A stretch of 64,000 bases of DNA, taken from Candidatus Aenigmatarchaeota archaeon. Its GTDB lineage: Archaea; Aenigmatarchaeota; Aenigmatarchaeia; GW2011-AR5. Of the stretch, positions 28,416 to 38,568 are shown one piece after another. The DNA is taken from positions 224,001 through 288,000 of the forward strand of contig JACQID010000004.1 of the NCBI GenBank assembly GCA_016198685.1, given 5' to 3'. Every line of letters begins with the position of its first letter. The stretch's first letter is position 1. Position numbers and translations under genes: made by a program. Under the pieces are notes generated by a model that saw only the letters and a program-made list of their open reading frames with translations, had not been told where the DNA came from and made no database searches.

Positions 28416-29831
28416 ATGGCAGAAGTTTCAAAAGAAATCCTTGAGATAAAGGAAGGCTATGAACAGAAGTACGGGTTCAGCGCCCCGGAAAACTATACGT
28501 TCAGGGCCCAAAAAGGATTGAATGAAGAAATAGTCAGGAAGATATCGGAAATCAAGGGCGAGCCCCAATGGATGATCGATTTTCGCCTGAAGGCGTTGAA
28601 GATATTCTTCTCAATGCCTATGCCAGTATGGGGAGCTGATCTTTCTCCAATAGACTTCAATAATATATTTTATTATATTAAGCCCACAGAAAAGCAGGGA
28701 AGAACATGGGATGAGATACCCGCGGAGATAAAAAATACATTTGATAGATTGGGCATACCTGAAGCCGAGCAAAAATTCCTTGGGGGCGTTGGCGCCCAGT
28801 ATGAAAGCGAATCTGTCTATCATCATATTAGAAAAGACCTTGAGGAACAGGGAGTAGTATTCCTTGACATGGATTCCGGTCTTCGTGAATATCCGGAGAT
28901 AGTAAAGAAGTATTTCGGCAAGATAATCCCGCCAGCGGACAATAAGTTTGCAGCTCTCAACAGCGCCGTATGGTCAGGAGGCTCCTTCGTTTACGTTCCC
29001 GAAGGCGTGAAAGTGGCTACGCCTCTGCAGGCATACTTCCGCATAAACGCCAAGAACATGGGGCAGTTTGAAAGAACTCTTATAATCACGGAACCCAATT
29101 CTTCTGCACATTATACCGAGGGATGCACCGCGCCGTCATATTCTACGGATTCGTTGCACGCGGCAGTAGTGGAAATACTTGCAAAGGAAAATTCAAAGCT
29201 GCGCTACACGACGATACAGAACTGGTCAAACAATGTTTATAATCTTGTAACCAAGAGGGCGCATGCACATAGAAACGCGGTAGTGGAATGGATTGACGGG
29301 AATTTGGGCTCAAAGATCACGATGAAGTATCCGTCCGTTTATTTGCTCGGCGAAGGCTCGCAGGCGAATATAGTTTCCGTGGCTTACGCTGGCAGAGGCC
29401 AGCATCAGGATGCCGGAGGCAAGGCAATACATATGGCAAAGAACACTTCGTCAACAATACTTTCCAAGTCCATAAGCAAGGACGGGGGCAAGACGACTTA
29501 CCGTGGTCTTCTTAAGGTGGCAAAAGGCGCAACAGGCGTAAAATCAAACGTCAGATGCGATGCCCTGATATTGGATAACAAGTCCGCTTCAGATACTGTG
29601 CCTTATATGGATGTCGCTGAAAAGAACGTCAGCATAACTCATGAAGCAACTGTCGGCAAGATAAGCGAAGAGCAACTGTTCTATCTGATGTCGCGCGGCC
29701 TTAGCGAGACTGAAGCTATGGGACTTGTAGTAAGAGGCTTCATAGAGCCGTTCACAAGGGAACTTCCTATGGAATATGCAGTTGAACTCAACCGCTTGGT
29801 GCAAATGGATATGGCGGGAGCAGTCGGGTGA
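28416..29831 (+). CDS. sufB: Fe-S assembly scaffold SufB
   Basis: [41 protein letters not shown]. Confidence 0.97.
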   Translation: MAEVSKEILEIKEGYEQKYGFSAPENYTFRAQKGLNEEIVRKISEIKGEPQWMIDFRLKALKIFFSMPMPVWGADLSPIDFNNIFYYIKPTEKQGRTWDEIPAEIKNTFDRLGIPEAEQKFLGGVGAQYESESVYHHIRKDLEEQGVVFLDMDSGLREYPEIVKKYFGKIIPPADNKFAALNSAVWSGGSFVYVPEGVKVATPLQAYFRINAKNMGQFERTLIITEPNSSAHYTEGCTAPSYSTDSLHAAVVEILAKENSKLRYTTIQNWSNNVYNLVTKRAHAHRNAVVEWIDGNLGSKITMKYPSVYLLGEGSQANIVSVAYAGRGQHQDAGGKAIHMAKNTSSTILSKSISKDGGKTTYRGLLKVAKGATGVKSNVRCDALILDNKSASDTVPYMDVAEKNVSITHEATVGKISEEQLFYLMSRGLSETEAMGLVVRGFIEPFTRELPMEYAVELNRLVQMDMAGAVG

Positions 29832-29835
29832 TCTA

Positions 29836-30969
29836 ATGTTTACGTTAGAAGAGTCAACAAGGATCGCTGCAAGCGAACCTCAATGGGCAGCTGCAAAAAG
29901 AAAAGAAGCCGCGATAGCTTTTCTTTCCCAGCCTTCGCCTTCTGAAAGAGAAGAGGCATGGAGATATACCCTTATAGATAATTTTGATATAAACAAATCC
30001 ATATCATCCAAATCTTCTATAATATCGCACAGTCCTTTTGTCATTAAAATGGAAGACGCCCTCAAACAGAATAAAGAAGTGCTTGACACTATCTTCAGAG
30101 AAAAAAAACTGAATTGCGACAAGTTCGACTTCCTTAATGCCGCTTTCTGGACTTCAGGATATCTTGTATATATTCCGGAGAACACAAATGCGGGTTTCAT
30201 AGAAATAATCTTGCAATCCGGCATATCCCGTAATTTTATAATCATGGGAGCAAACTCCTCTGCAGAAATCTTGGAGCATATTGCGGGCGGAAACGGTCTG
30301 AATTCCAATTTTACTGAAGTCCATGCTCCGAAAGACGCCAAGCTTACTGTTCATTCACTTCATGATGTAGCTGATGATGTGAATGAATTCTCGTACAAGC
30401 GTGCATACATAGGAAGAAATTCAACAGTCAACTGGAACATTGGGCAGTTCGGAGGTTCGCTTAACCGGATAAAGGTTGAGAATTTTTTTGTCGGGCAAGG
30501 TGCGCATTCCCAAACCGTCGGAGTATTTTCCGGCGCAGGAAAGCAGCACATGGACCTTTCGACGAATGCATTCCACTCCGTACCCAATACATCCAACAAT
30601 ATTATAATTAAAGGGGCGCTGAAAGACAGCGCTTCAGAAGTCTACCGGGGCATGATAAAGATAGAAAAAGGCGCCCCGTCAACGTCATCTTATCTCTCTG
30701 ATCACGCTATAATGCTGGGCGAAAATGCTGTTTGCAACAGTATACCAAGCCTTATGATAGACAATAGCGACGTGCAATGTTCTCATTCGGCTTCAGCCGG
30801 CCAGGTTGATGAAGAAAAAATGCTTTATATGATGAGCAGGGGATTGTCGCGCGAGCAGGCAGAAACGATGATAGTTGAAGGCTTTTACGTTCCCATCATA
30901 AACGCAATACCTTCGCATGCCGTCAGGGAAAAAATGATGGACATGATAAGAAAGAGGATACTGTCATGA
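29836..30969 (+). CDS. sufD: Fe-S assembly protein SufD
   Basis: REEAWRYT, SIPSLMI..DV.CSHSASAG, YMMSRG; position in operon. Confidence 0.9.
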   Translation: MFTLEESTRIAASEPQWAAAKRKEAAIAFLSQPSPSEREEAWRYTLIDNFDINKSISSKSSIISHSPFVIKMEDALKQNKEVLDTIFREKKLNCDKFDFLNAAFWTSGYLVYIPENTNAGFIEIILQSGISRNFIIMGANSSAEILEHIAGGNGLNSNFTEVHAPKDAKLTVHSLHDVADDVNEFSYKRAYIGRNSTVNWNIGQFGGSLNRIKVENFFVGQGAHSQTVGVFSGAGKQHMDLSTNAFHSVPNTSNNIIIKGALKDSASEVYRGMIKIEKGAPSTSSYLSDHAIMLGENAVCNSIPSLMIDNSDVQCSHSASAGQVDEEKMLYMMSRGLSREQAETMIVEGFYVPIINAIPSHAVREKMMDMIRKRILS

Positions 30970-32171
30970 ATATTGAGAAAATAAAATCGGATTTCCCTTT
31001 ACTTTCCCGCAAAGTGAATGGAAAACAACTTGTTTATCTTGACAGTGCCGCGACTTCGCAGAAGCCAAAGCAAGTCATAAGCGCCATAACTAATTATTAT
31101 GAGAATCATAATGCCAATGTGCATCGCGGAGTGCACAAGCTCAGCGAAGAGGCAACCGAAGCTTACGAAGGGTCGCGCAAGAAAATCGCAGACTTTGTCA
31201 ACGCAAAAGCGAATGAAATGATATTTACCAGGAACGCGACAGAGGGCATAAACCTTGTCGCCCAATCCCTTGGCTTTCGCAAAGGGGACGAAATAGTCTC
31301 CTCTGTAATGGAGCACCATTCAAATATAGTCCCTTGGCAAATGCTGAAGAGCAGGGGGGTAACCACTAGATTTGCCGACATAGATGAGGATGGAATCCTG
31401 AAGATGGATGATTATGAAAATCTTATAACAAAGAAGACGAAGCTCATTGCAGTTACTCACGTTTCGAATGTCTTAGGTACGATAAATAACGTGAAGAAGA
31501 TAGCTAAAATTGCACATGATGCAGGCGCGCTGCTGCTGGTAGATGCGGCTCAAAGTGTGCCGCACATGCCTGTAGATGTCAGGAATATAGAAGCGGATTT
31601 TCTCGTATTTTCCGGCCACAAAATGCTGGGCCCGACAGGGATAGGATGCCTTTACGGACGATCAGAGCTTCTTGATGCAATGCCGCCTTTCATGGGAGGA
31701 GGCGATATGATAAAGGACGTCAAGCTTGAGGGCACAATATACAACGATGTGCCTTACAAGTTCGAAGCTGGGACTCCTCATATAGCAGGAGCTGTAGGGC
31801 TTGGCGCTGCGGTGGATTATCTTGTTAAAATAGGAATGAAAAACGTGCATGAACATGAGAAGAAGCTGGTGAATTTTGCAACAACGGAACTGCAGATTAC
31901 GGAAACTTACGGTAATGCTCCGGAAAACGGCGGGATTGTGGCATTCAATGTCCATGGTCTTCATTCGCATGATGTTGCAAGCATGCTCGACGAAAACGGC
32001 ATAGCCGTGAGATCTGGTCACCATTGCGCCCAGCCGTTGATGAAGCGTCTTGGCATAGTTTCTGCGGCACGCGCAAGCTTCTACGTCTATAACGATGAAG
32101 AAGATATTACAAAGCTCTCGGCTTCGCTGAAAGATATAATAAACCTATTGAAACGAAAGAAGGTGGTGTGA
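30966..32171 (+). CDS. sufS: Cysteine desulfurase SufS
   Basis: YLDSAATSQKP, NVHRG, SGHKMLGPTG, RSGHHCAQP. Confidence 0.97.
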   Translation: MNIEKIKSDFPLLSRKVNGKQLVYLDSAATSQKPKQVISAITNYYENHNANVHRGVHKLSEEATEAYEGSRKKIADFVNAKANEMIFTRNATEGINLVAQSLGFRKGDEIVSSVMEHHSNIVPWQMLKSRGVTTRFADIDEDGILKMDDYENLITKKTKLIAVTHVSNVLGTINNVKKIAKIAHDAGALLLVDAAQSVPHMPVDVRNIEADFLVFSGHKMLGPTGIGCLYGRSELLDAMPPFMGGGDMIKDVKLEGTIYNDVPYKFEAGTPHIAGAVGLGAAVDYLVKIGMKNVHEHEKKLVNFATTELQITETYGNAPENGGIVAFNVHGLHSHDVASMLDENGIAVRSGHHCAQPLMKRLGIVSAARASFYVYNDEEDITKLSASLKDIINLLKRKKVV

Positions 32172-32297
32172 ATGGGTCTTGAACCTCCAGTGGCGATACC
32201 AATGTATATAATCCTTGCTGTAATGAACGGCGTGGATATAGAGCTATTGTGGCTCGGAATTGCGGGCTTAGTAGACGTTCTGCATATGGCTATATGA
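32172..32297 (+). CDS. 41-aa hydrophobic microprotein A (not in ORF track)
   Basis: MGLEPPVAIPMYIILAVMNGVDIELLWLGIAGLVDVLHMAI; ATG directly follows the sufS stop; GGTGGTG upstream. Confidence 0.72.
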   Translation: MGLEPPVAIPMYIILAVMNGVDIELLWLGIAGLVDVLHMAI

Positions 32298-32306
32298 GGT
32301 GAGAAA

Positions 32307-32432
32307 ATGAGCAAACTTATACCTCTTATGACGCCCTTCTATCTGGCTCTCGTAGTTTTCACGCCAATAGAGTTCAGCGTTGCCGGCCTTGTAATAGCCA
32401 TATTCGCAGAGATATTGCATTTCATCTGGTGA
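32307..32432 (+). CDS. 41-aa hydrophobic microprotein B, paralogous to A (not in ORF track)
   Basis: MSKLIPLMTPFYLALVVFTPIEFSVAGLVIAIFAEILHFIW; GAGGTGA SD; 11/41 ungapped identities to A. Confidence 0.75.
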   Translation: MSKLIPLMTPFYLALVVFTPIEFSVAGLVIAIFAEILHFIW

Positions 32433-32436
32433 AAAC

Positions 32437-32838
32437 GTGTACGACATGTATCAGGAGAACATACTGGATCACTACAGGAATCCGAGGAATTTCGGCTCGC
32501 TGGCGAAGCCGGACATGGAAGCAGTAGACTACAACCCGCTCTGCGGCGATAAGATAACCATGGGAATAAAGATAAAGGACGGTAAGGTTATAGAAATAAT
32601 GTTCTCTGGCGAAGGATGCGCGATCTCCCAGGCTTCGGCATCCATGCTTACGGAAGCCGTTAAAGGCAAATCAACCGAAGAAGCTTCTGAATTTTCAAAG
32701 GATGATATGCTCGAACTTCTAGGCATACCGGTATCTGCTTCCAGAATAAAATGCGCGCTTTTGGGCTTGAAGGTCTTCAAATTAGTTTTATATGGTTTTC
32801 TCGGGAAAAGTCTTTCTGACAAAGAAGAATTAGGGTGA
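32437..32838 (+). CDS. sufU: SufU/SufE-type NifU-like protein
   Basis: YQENILDHYRNPRN, NPLCGD, GCAISQAS, RIKCA. Confidence 0.93.
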   Translation: MYDMYQENILDHYRNPRNFGSLAKPDMEAVDYNPLCGDKITMGIKIKDGKVIEIMFSGEGCAISQASASMLTEAVKGKSTEEASEFSKDDMLELLGIPVSASRIKCALLGLKVFKLVLYGFLGKSLSDKEELG

Positions 32839-32844
32839 AGAAAA

Positions 32845-33150
32845 ATGACGTTCATTAAAGTTGCAAATAAATGGGAAATAAAAGAAGGCGAGCCTAAGGC
32901 CATCGAAATCAATGACAAAGAAATCATGCTATCTAATATAGGGGGCAAGATATTCGCAGTTAGTGACATATGCAGTCATAAAAAATGCAATCTTTCGGGC
33001 GGGTTCATGGAAGGATTTGAGATAACTTGCCCCTGCCATATGGCTCGCTTTGACGTAAGAAACGGTCAAGTGACAGCTCCTCCCGCAACTGTTGATATAG
33101 AAGTCTACGATGTAAAAGTCGAAGGCGACGACGTTCTTGTTGATGTGTAA
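32845..33150 (+). CDS. Rieske [2Fe-2S] ferredoxin
   Basis: CSH...CPCH.ARFDVRNG. Confidence 0.92.
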   Translation: MTFIKVANKWEIKEGEPKAIEINDKEIMLSNIGGKIFAVSDICSHKKCNLSGGFMEGFEITCPCHMARFDVRNGQVTAPPATVDIEVYDVKVEGDDVLVDV

Positions 33151-33343
33151 ATAATATCCGGGATTAAAAAGAAATAAAATTGAAACTATTTATTACGTGT
33201 TATCTCTTTTCTAACGATACTCAAGAATTTGTTCTGCGACCCCATTTATTCTGCAGAAGCAGATCCCACAATCTCTGCAAATAAATATCCGAATACCGGT
33301 ATGCTTTATCATGCATCCAATTATTTCTAACTATTGTTGTGCC

Positions 33344-33551
33344 CTAACGAAGGTCCATTATACTTGGGATATTCGGATGCAATTTTTCCCAGTCTTTTCT
33401 CCAGTCTTCTAAACTGGCCCAGTTGTTAGACCCCCCCCCCACCTAATTCATCCTCATACTTGGATTCTGAAACGTCATTTTCAGGATACATGATGATGGA
33501 ACCTGTCCGGCAGGGATATATGGGTGTTGCTCTTCTGGTATCCTCATCCAT
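33344..33551 (-). pseudogene. Small ORF interrupted at a C10 homopolymer
   Basis: MDEDTRRATPIY..EDELG, then a stop right after the C tract at 33431-33440; a 1-nt shorter tract continues as SNNWASLEDWRKDWEKLHPNIPSIMDLR. Confidence 0.4.
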
Positions 33552-34441
33552 GAAATCCGAGAACAATGAGTTGCTGCCTCTCCTCCTTTTTGGGAAGTTA
33601 GATTTTGTTATCCTACGATTTGATACTGAAACATAGTCAAGTGAGGGGCTTCGCCCAAAGTGGTACGGATCCTCATTCCTTCTTTCAGTCCTGGAAGGAC
33701 GATTTCGATGGTTTCATTCAGATTAGGATCCTCAGTGGAATAAATAAAAAAACCGTCGACTACCTGTATCGGATCTGCCATTGGCAATCTATGCGAAACG
33801 AGGAATTCCGGGGAAGAGGCGACGGCAGAGCCAATTGGTATAAATCGCCTTTTGGCTGGCCTAGCACTGAAATAGAATCTCACGTCAACCTTATCCCCTT
33901 CTTGGATTTTCGGAAAACTCCGGTTTTGGGGATTATAAATGGACACAACACGATCGATCCCGAGCGTCCCGTTGTCCTGAGGATAAGAATAACCAGGGCA
34001 TCGTTGCTCACAATCTTTTGCTGGATCCTCACGAACATACAAAACCGTTGCTTCAACTTCGATCATCGGTCCAATCGCCACAAGATGTCTGACCTCCTGA
34101 ACGTTACCGATGCATCCAATGACGAGTATGGAGCAAGAAATAATAATGAGTGACTCCTTGTTCATATACTTAGTTCAATGCTATCTATGGCTTAAATAAT
34201 TATTGTGAACAAATATCAGAAGATCACGCTTCTAAGTAATATTATTATAGTCATGATAATTACATGTCAATTACGGTGCAGTTCTTGTAATTTACTGCGC
34301 CAATGGCTCTCACTAATTCGAACTTTCCTGCCGATTTCCTATCTTTGTCAGTGATGCTTCGAATCATACTATCAGTATGCCATGTTGCTGAACATTTTAT
34401 TCTGGTCGCTCTTCTGGTATCCTCATCCATGAAATCCGAGA
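33529..34441. repeat. Exact 34-bp direct repeat, copies 879 bp apart
   Basis: GCTCTTCTGGTATCCTCATCCATGAAATCCGAGA at 33529-33562 and 34408-34441. Confidence 0.92.
33608..34165 (-). CDS. Hypothetical exported or lipoprotein-like protein
   Basis: N-terminal LIIISCSILVIGC; CEQRC pair. Confidence 0.65.
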   Translation of the reverse strand: MNKESLIIISCSILVIGCIGNVQEVRHLVAIGPMIEVEATVLYVREDPAKDCEQRCPGYSYPQDNGTLGIDRVVSIYNPQNRSFPKIQEGDKVDVRFYFSARPAKRRFIPIGSAVASSPEFLVSHRLPMADPIQVVDGFFIYSTEDPNLNETIEIVLPGLKEGMRIRTTLGEAPHLTMFQYQIVG

Positions 34442-34616
34442 GCCTATAGAGCATATGGCCATCTTTTAATGGCAGAGCGGGACTCATCACATCGTAAAAT
34501 GGCAGTAAACCGTACCTAAAAAATTCTTTGGCTGTAATCTCAGCATTCTGTTTCATCTGTGCAAGACTCAGAAGCCTGTTTTCATATGGTTTATATATAA
34601 AAATCACCCTATGCAA
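34260..34616 (-). CDS. Hypothetical protein
   Basis: 118-aa ORF overlapping the EamA stop; carries one copy of the 34-bp repeat. Confidence 0.5.
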   Translation of the reverse strand: MHRVIFIYKPYENRLLSLAQMKQNAEITAKEFFRYGLLPFYDVMSPALPLKDGHMLYRLSDFMDEDTRRATRIKCSATWHTDSMIRSITDKDRKSAGKFELVRAIGAVNYKNCTVIDM

Positions 34617-35493
34617 CTACAGAGTTCTTGTTATTGCCGAGCATGAATATCATCAGGCCTGCAAACACAATAAAGCTGCCTATGAGTTCTGTTGTTGTCA
34701 TTATCTCTCCTAACAGGAAAAATGAGTAGGTTCCTATCACAAGCGGATCCATGGCCCTTATCAAGGCGATCTTTGAGAGGTCGATCAATTCCATTGCCTT
34801 GTACCTGAGGTATGCGCTAAGGAATGCGCCTGTCAGGCCGGCTGTGAAAAGAAGGGCCATAGTGGGCATTGAAGGAACATAGAAATTATCCGTAAATCCT
34901 ATTATGAGCAGAACAGACAGGAAAAGAAAAAGTGTCCTTAATGCGTTGAGCGACGCCGGCTGTATCTGCTCTATGTATTTCTTCGAAAGTGTCTGGACTA
35001 TCGCCAGCATAATCGCAGAAAGCAATGCAAAAGCCATGCCCTCGGCTATAGTATGCCCGCTAGTGTAGCTTATTGACATGCTTCCTATCAATATTATAAT
35101 CGCGCCTATGATCTCTATCTTCCCAAGCCTTTCTCCAAGAAAGAGAACACTTAAAATCACTATGAATATTGTTGAGAATCTGGAAAAGAAGCCTGTAAGC
35201 GAGGGACCTAAAATATCCAAAGCAAAAAATAGAGATATCGAGCCTATGGCATTCAGGATGCCTATGCTCACTACAGTTTTTCTGTATTTTTTCATTGAGT
35301 GAAACATATGGTCAATTTCTTTGCGCTGAAGCACCAAAATAAGTGATGCGATAAATGCGGCAAGAAAAACATAAAAAGGACCTATTATAGGCGACGATAT
35401 TTCTTTTACAGCCATTGCATTAGCTACAAATGATATGCCTATCATACCGGATGAAGCAAATGTCAAGGCATAGCCTTTTGCTTTATTGTCCAT
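34609..35493 (-). CDS. EamA/DMT family transporter
   Basis: About 10 TM in two repeats; FLGERLG..IIGA and LLGE motifs. Confidence 0.88.
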   Translation of the reverse strand: MDNKAKGYALTFASSGMIGISFVANAMAVKEISSPIIGPFYVFLAAFIASLILVLQRKEIDHMFHSMKKYRKTVVSIGILNAIGSISLFFALDILGPSLTGFFSRFSTIFIVILSVLFLGERLGKIEIIGAIIILIGSMSISYTSGHTIAEGMAFALLSAIMLAIVQTLSKKYIEQIQPASLNALRTLFLFLSVLLIIGFTDNFYVPSMPTMALLFTAGLTGAFLSAYLRYKAMELIDLSKIALIRAMDPLVIGTYSFFLLGEIMTTTELIGSFIVFAGLMIFMLGNNKNSVVA

Positions 35494-35542
35494 GTATATT
35501 GAGATACGGAACTCTTTAAGAATTTAGCTTCAAGTTAATTAT

Positions 35543-36439
35543 ATGTTGATCAAGAAAATTCAACTACAGCGTCACGGCTATACGTTCCAACCCAAAGAAA
35601 AAGAGCTTAAAAGGGCAAACAAGGAAATGGGTCGTAATTGCCGGAACTATTATTCGCCAGAAAGCGAAACGTACACTGTAGAGATTAACTTAAACCCTCC
35701 AATGGATGCAAAATTACAAATACGGTCATCGATTAATGACGTCAATAGAGCAACAGGATTAAATTTTGATGAGAACGTTGACCACATTAGAGTAACTCCG
35801 TATGGATTATCATACTTTACTTCTCCATGGACCGTTCAAAGGTCGCGAAATCCTCATGGTCAAGGAGTTGCAAGAATCAAATTTTTTGCTAATCCGCAAT
35901 ATCCTTTTGCCGAGAACATCAATGAATATGGAATAAATGTTCATGTACCTAGAAGAAGTCCCAAGGACCAAGTCCGTGTAAGAAATCAAGAAGATTATTT
36001 TGGAATGATGCACAAGCCGTATCTCACTATTGAAATCCCGGCATCATGGAAGCCTGCAAGAGAATTATATGAGCGTTATAACGATCATGGATTAGGAGAG
36101 ATTGAATGCACATATGATTATCCGGAAATTGTAATTGACAAATTTCTTCCTGATATTACCCGTGAAACTGAGTCTGAAGTCGCAGATCTTTATGATAACG
36201 TCTGTAGGTTGTTGCGTAAATCCGGAGCAGCCGGAGATGCTGTATCTCTTCTCAATGAAAAGACACTATCAGAGAATCTAAAAGCGGAAGGCGTGGACCT
36301 AAGATCAGTCTTAGCTTCATCTACAATAAGACACAGAAGCCCGTATGTAAAATTAGCTCTCGGGTTAAATATACACGGTATATATTTGATAACAAACGAT
36401 GATTTCTGGCCTTATGGGCCTCCCAATATATTCACATGA
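35543..36439 (+). CDS. Hypothetical soluble protein
   Basis: 298-aa ORF; no recognised motif. Confidence 0.65.
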   Translation: MLIKKIQLQRHGYTFQPKEKELKRANKEMGRNCRNYYSPESETYTVEINLNPPMDAKLQIRSSINDVNRATGLNFDENVDHIRVTPYGLSYFTSPWTVQRSRNPHGQGVARIKFFANPQYPFAENINEYGINVHVPRRSPKDQVRVRNQEDYFGMMHKPYLTIEIPASWKPARELYERYNDHGLGEIECTYDYPEIVIDKFLPDITRETESEVADLYDNVCRLLRKSGAAGDAVSLLNEKTLSENLKAEGVDLRSVLASSTIRHRSPYVKLALGLNIHGIYLITNDDFWPYGPPNIFT

Positions 36440-36473
36440 TTTGGCACTTGCATCAAATTTGAAGAAGTAATAT

Positions 36474-37187
36474 CTATACAATAATCTTCTTGACTTCAGA
36501 TTGATCGAGTTTATTGAATTTTCCTGCCTCGGCAATGCCTATTTCCGTGTTTCTTTCTGTTATGTTAGGCTCAGCGTGCTTTAATGCTGCAATGGCAAGT
36601 TCAACTGCACCTTCTCTTGTCATATTATCCTTGAACTTTGTTATCAAATATTCCTTTGCGGCTTTTGTGCCTCTTCCAATTGCATGAGCCTTCCATTCGC
36701 GAACTGTGCCGGATGGGTCTGTCTCGAATAATCGGCCACGATCTTCTGAGCCTGCAAAGAGCATTCCGCATCCGTAAGGCCGTATTCCTCCTATCTGCGT
36801 GAACCTTTGGATCCTATCTCCAACGTCCTTTACAAGCGATGCAACTTCTATCTTTTCATCATAGGTTATCTTATTGACTTGGCAGCGAACGCGGGCATAA
36901 TCTACAAGGACTCTGCAATCCGCAAGAATACCGCAGGAAGCAACTCCTATGTGATCATCAATCCTGGAAACTTTCTCAACCTTGTCCGAAACCAGTAATT
37001 TTTGCAGTATTTTAGTCCCTGCGATGACAACCCCGCCGTTGAACGCTACACCTATAACTGTAGTAGCCTTGTCTACGGCTTTTCTTGCGTATTCGACCTG
37101 ATACATCCTACCTTCAGGCGAGAAGACTACGATAGCTCGGTCATATCCCATCTGCTGCGCTGGTGCTTGGAATTCCATAGAAACCAC
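36474..37187 (-). CDS. psmA: Proteasome alpha subunit
   Basis: GYDRAIVVFSPEGRMYQVEYA, RPYG, ETDPSG. Confidence 0.96.
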   Translation of the reverse strand: MVSMEFQAPAQQMGYDRAIVVFSPEGRMYQVEYARKAVDKATTVIGVAFNGGVVIAGTKILQKLLVSDKVEKVSRIDDHIGVASCGILADCRVLVDYARVRCQVNKITYDEKIEVASLVKDVGDRIQRFTQIGGIRPYGCGMLFAGSEDRGRLFETDPSGTVREWKAHAIGRGTKAAKEYLITKFKDNMTREGAVELAIAALKHAEPNITERNTEIGIAEAGKFNKLDQSEVKKIIV

Positions 37188-37230
37188 CTATATTTTCCAT
37201 TATATTTATGCTCGAAGCTTAAATATGTTT

Positions 37231-38526
37231 TTAGATTCCAAACTTCCTCAGCATGCCTCCCATGCCGCCACGTTTCATTTTGCTCGGAGAGATCGTTTTC
37301 ATCATTTTCTTGGCTTTTGAGTAGTTGCCAAGCAGTTCACGCACATCACTTTCAGGAGTTCCGGATCCTGCGGCTATCCTCTTGATTCTTGAACTATCAA
37401 GCACATCCGGATTCTTTTTTTCATGGGGAGTCATGGAATCTATTACAAATCTCCATTTGCGTATCTTTTCCTCTTGGCCTTCAATATTGACCTTGCCTTT
37501 CATTTTTCCAAGGCCCATCATGTCCAGAATTTGCGAGAACGATCCCATCTTTTTTATCGACTCAAACTGGGAATAGAATTCTTCAATGTCAAAATTCCCG
37601 CTCATGACTTTTTCGGCCTTTTTCTCATCCATGGCAGTTGATGCCTTTTCAAGCAAGGTTTCCATGTCTGCAAAGCCGATTATTCGGCCGACGAATTTTC
37701 TGGGATCATATTGCTCAAGGCTCTCGATGCCTTCCCCTGTAGTTATGAATTTGACCTTAGCTCCGGTTTCATAGCAGGCGGTTATGGCTCCTCCTCCCTT
37801 GGCGGTGGCGTCAGTCTTCGTGACTATGATATCCGTTATGCCCAACGCATCATGAAAGGCTCTGGCCTGTATTTTTGCCGCTTGTCCTATGTCAGCCGGT
37901 ATCACCAGTATTTTTTCTTCAGGCGTCATTGTATCATTCAGACCCTTTATCTCCCGGATAAGCGTGTCGTCAAGGGCATTCCTTCCTGAGGAATCGACGA
38001 TGATAACGTCAGCATCCATCCTGACAAGGGCTTCGCGGAGTATGGCGCTAGCGTCCTTGTTTCCGTTTTCGCCGTAGAAAGGTGCATCTATCTTTTCTGC
38101 AAGCTGCTTAAGCTGCTCATAGGCCGCTGGCCTATCGACATCGCAGCATACCAAGGCAGTTTTCAACCCTTTCTTTTGGTAAAATCTTGCAAGCTTGGCG
38201 GCAGTAGAAGTCTTGCCTGTCCCGTAAAGGCCGGCAAGCAGTATTCTTTTTGGTTTCAGGGAAGTTTCCGATTTTTCATTGCCTAATATGGAGGTAAGTT
38301 CGTCATAAACTACTTTTATTACATGCTCCTTTCTGGAAAGACCTTCAGGGAGCTTTTCCATGCACCGATTCTTTATTCTGTCGCTGAGCTGCATGACGAG
38401 TGCTACGTCAACGTCAGATGACAGAAGCGTACGCTGCATGTCCCTGACCAATTCTTCCACGTGCTCGGCATCCACTATGCCAAGACGGGAAAGTTTTTGT
38501 ATGCTGTCCCTAAGTTTTTCAAACAT
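37231..38526 (-). CDS. srp54: Signal recognition particle protein SRP54
   Basis: G.GKT, DVDRPAA, DSSGR, TKTDATAKGGGA; M domain DSMT..E..NP..RI.RIAAGSG. Confidence 0.96.
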   Translation of the reverse strand: MFEKLRDSIQKLSRLGIVDAEHVEELVRDMQRTLLSSDVDVALVMQLSDRIKNRCMEKLPEGLSRKEHVIKVVYDELTSILGNEKSETSLKPKRILLAGLYGTGKTSTAAKLARFYQKKGLKTALVCCDVDRPAAYEQLKQLAEKIDAPFYGENGNKDASAILREALVRMDADVIIVDSSGRNALDDTLIREIKGLNDTMTPEEKILVIPADIGQAAKIQARAFHDALGITDIIVTKTDATAKGGGAITACYETGAKVKFITTGEGIESLEQYDPRKFVGRIIGFADMETLLEKASTAMDEKKAEKVMSGNFDIEEFYSQFESIKKMGSFSQILDMMGLGKMKGKVNIEGQEEKIRKWRFVIDSMTPHEKKNPDVLDSSRIKRIAAGSGTPESDVRELLGNYSKAKKMMKTISPSKMKRGGMGGMLRKFGI

Positions 38527-38568
38527 ATGCTTATTTCGCAGAAAACGCTTAAATGAATGCAGAGTTGG

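Noticed and set aside
33605-34153. 182-aa plus-strand ORF
   Set aside because: Antisense shadow of 33608-34165, which has the signal-peptide-like N-terminus
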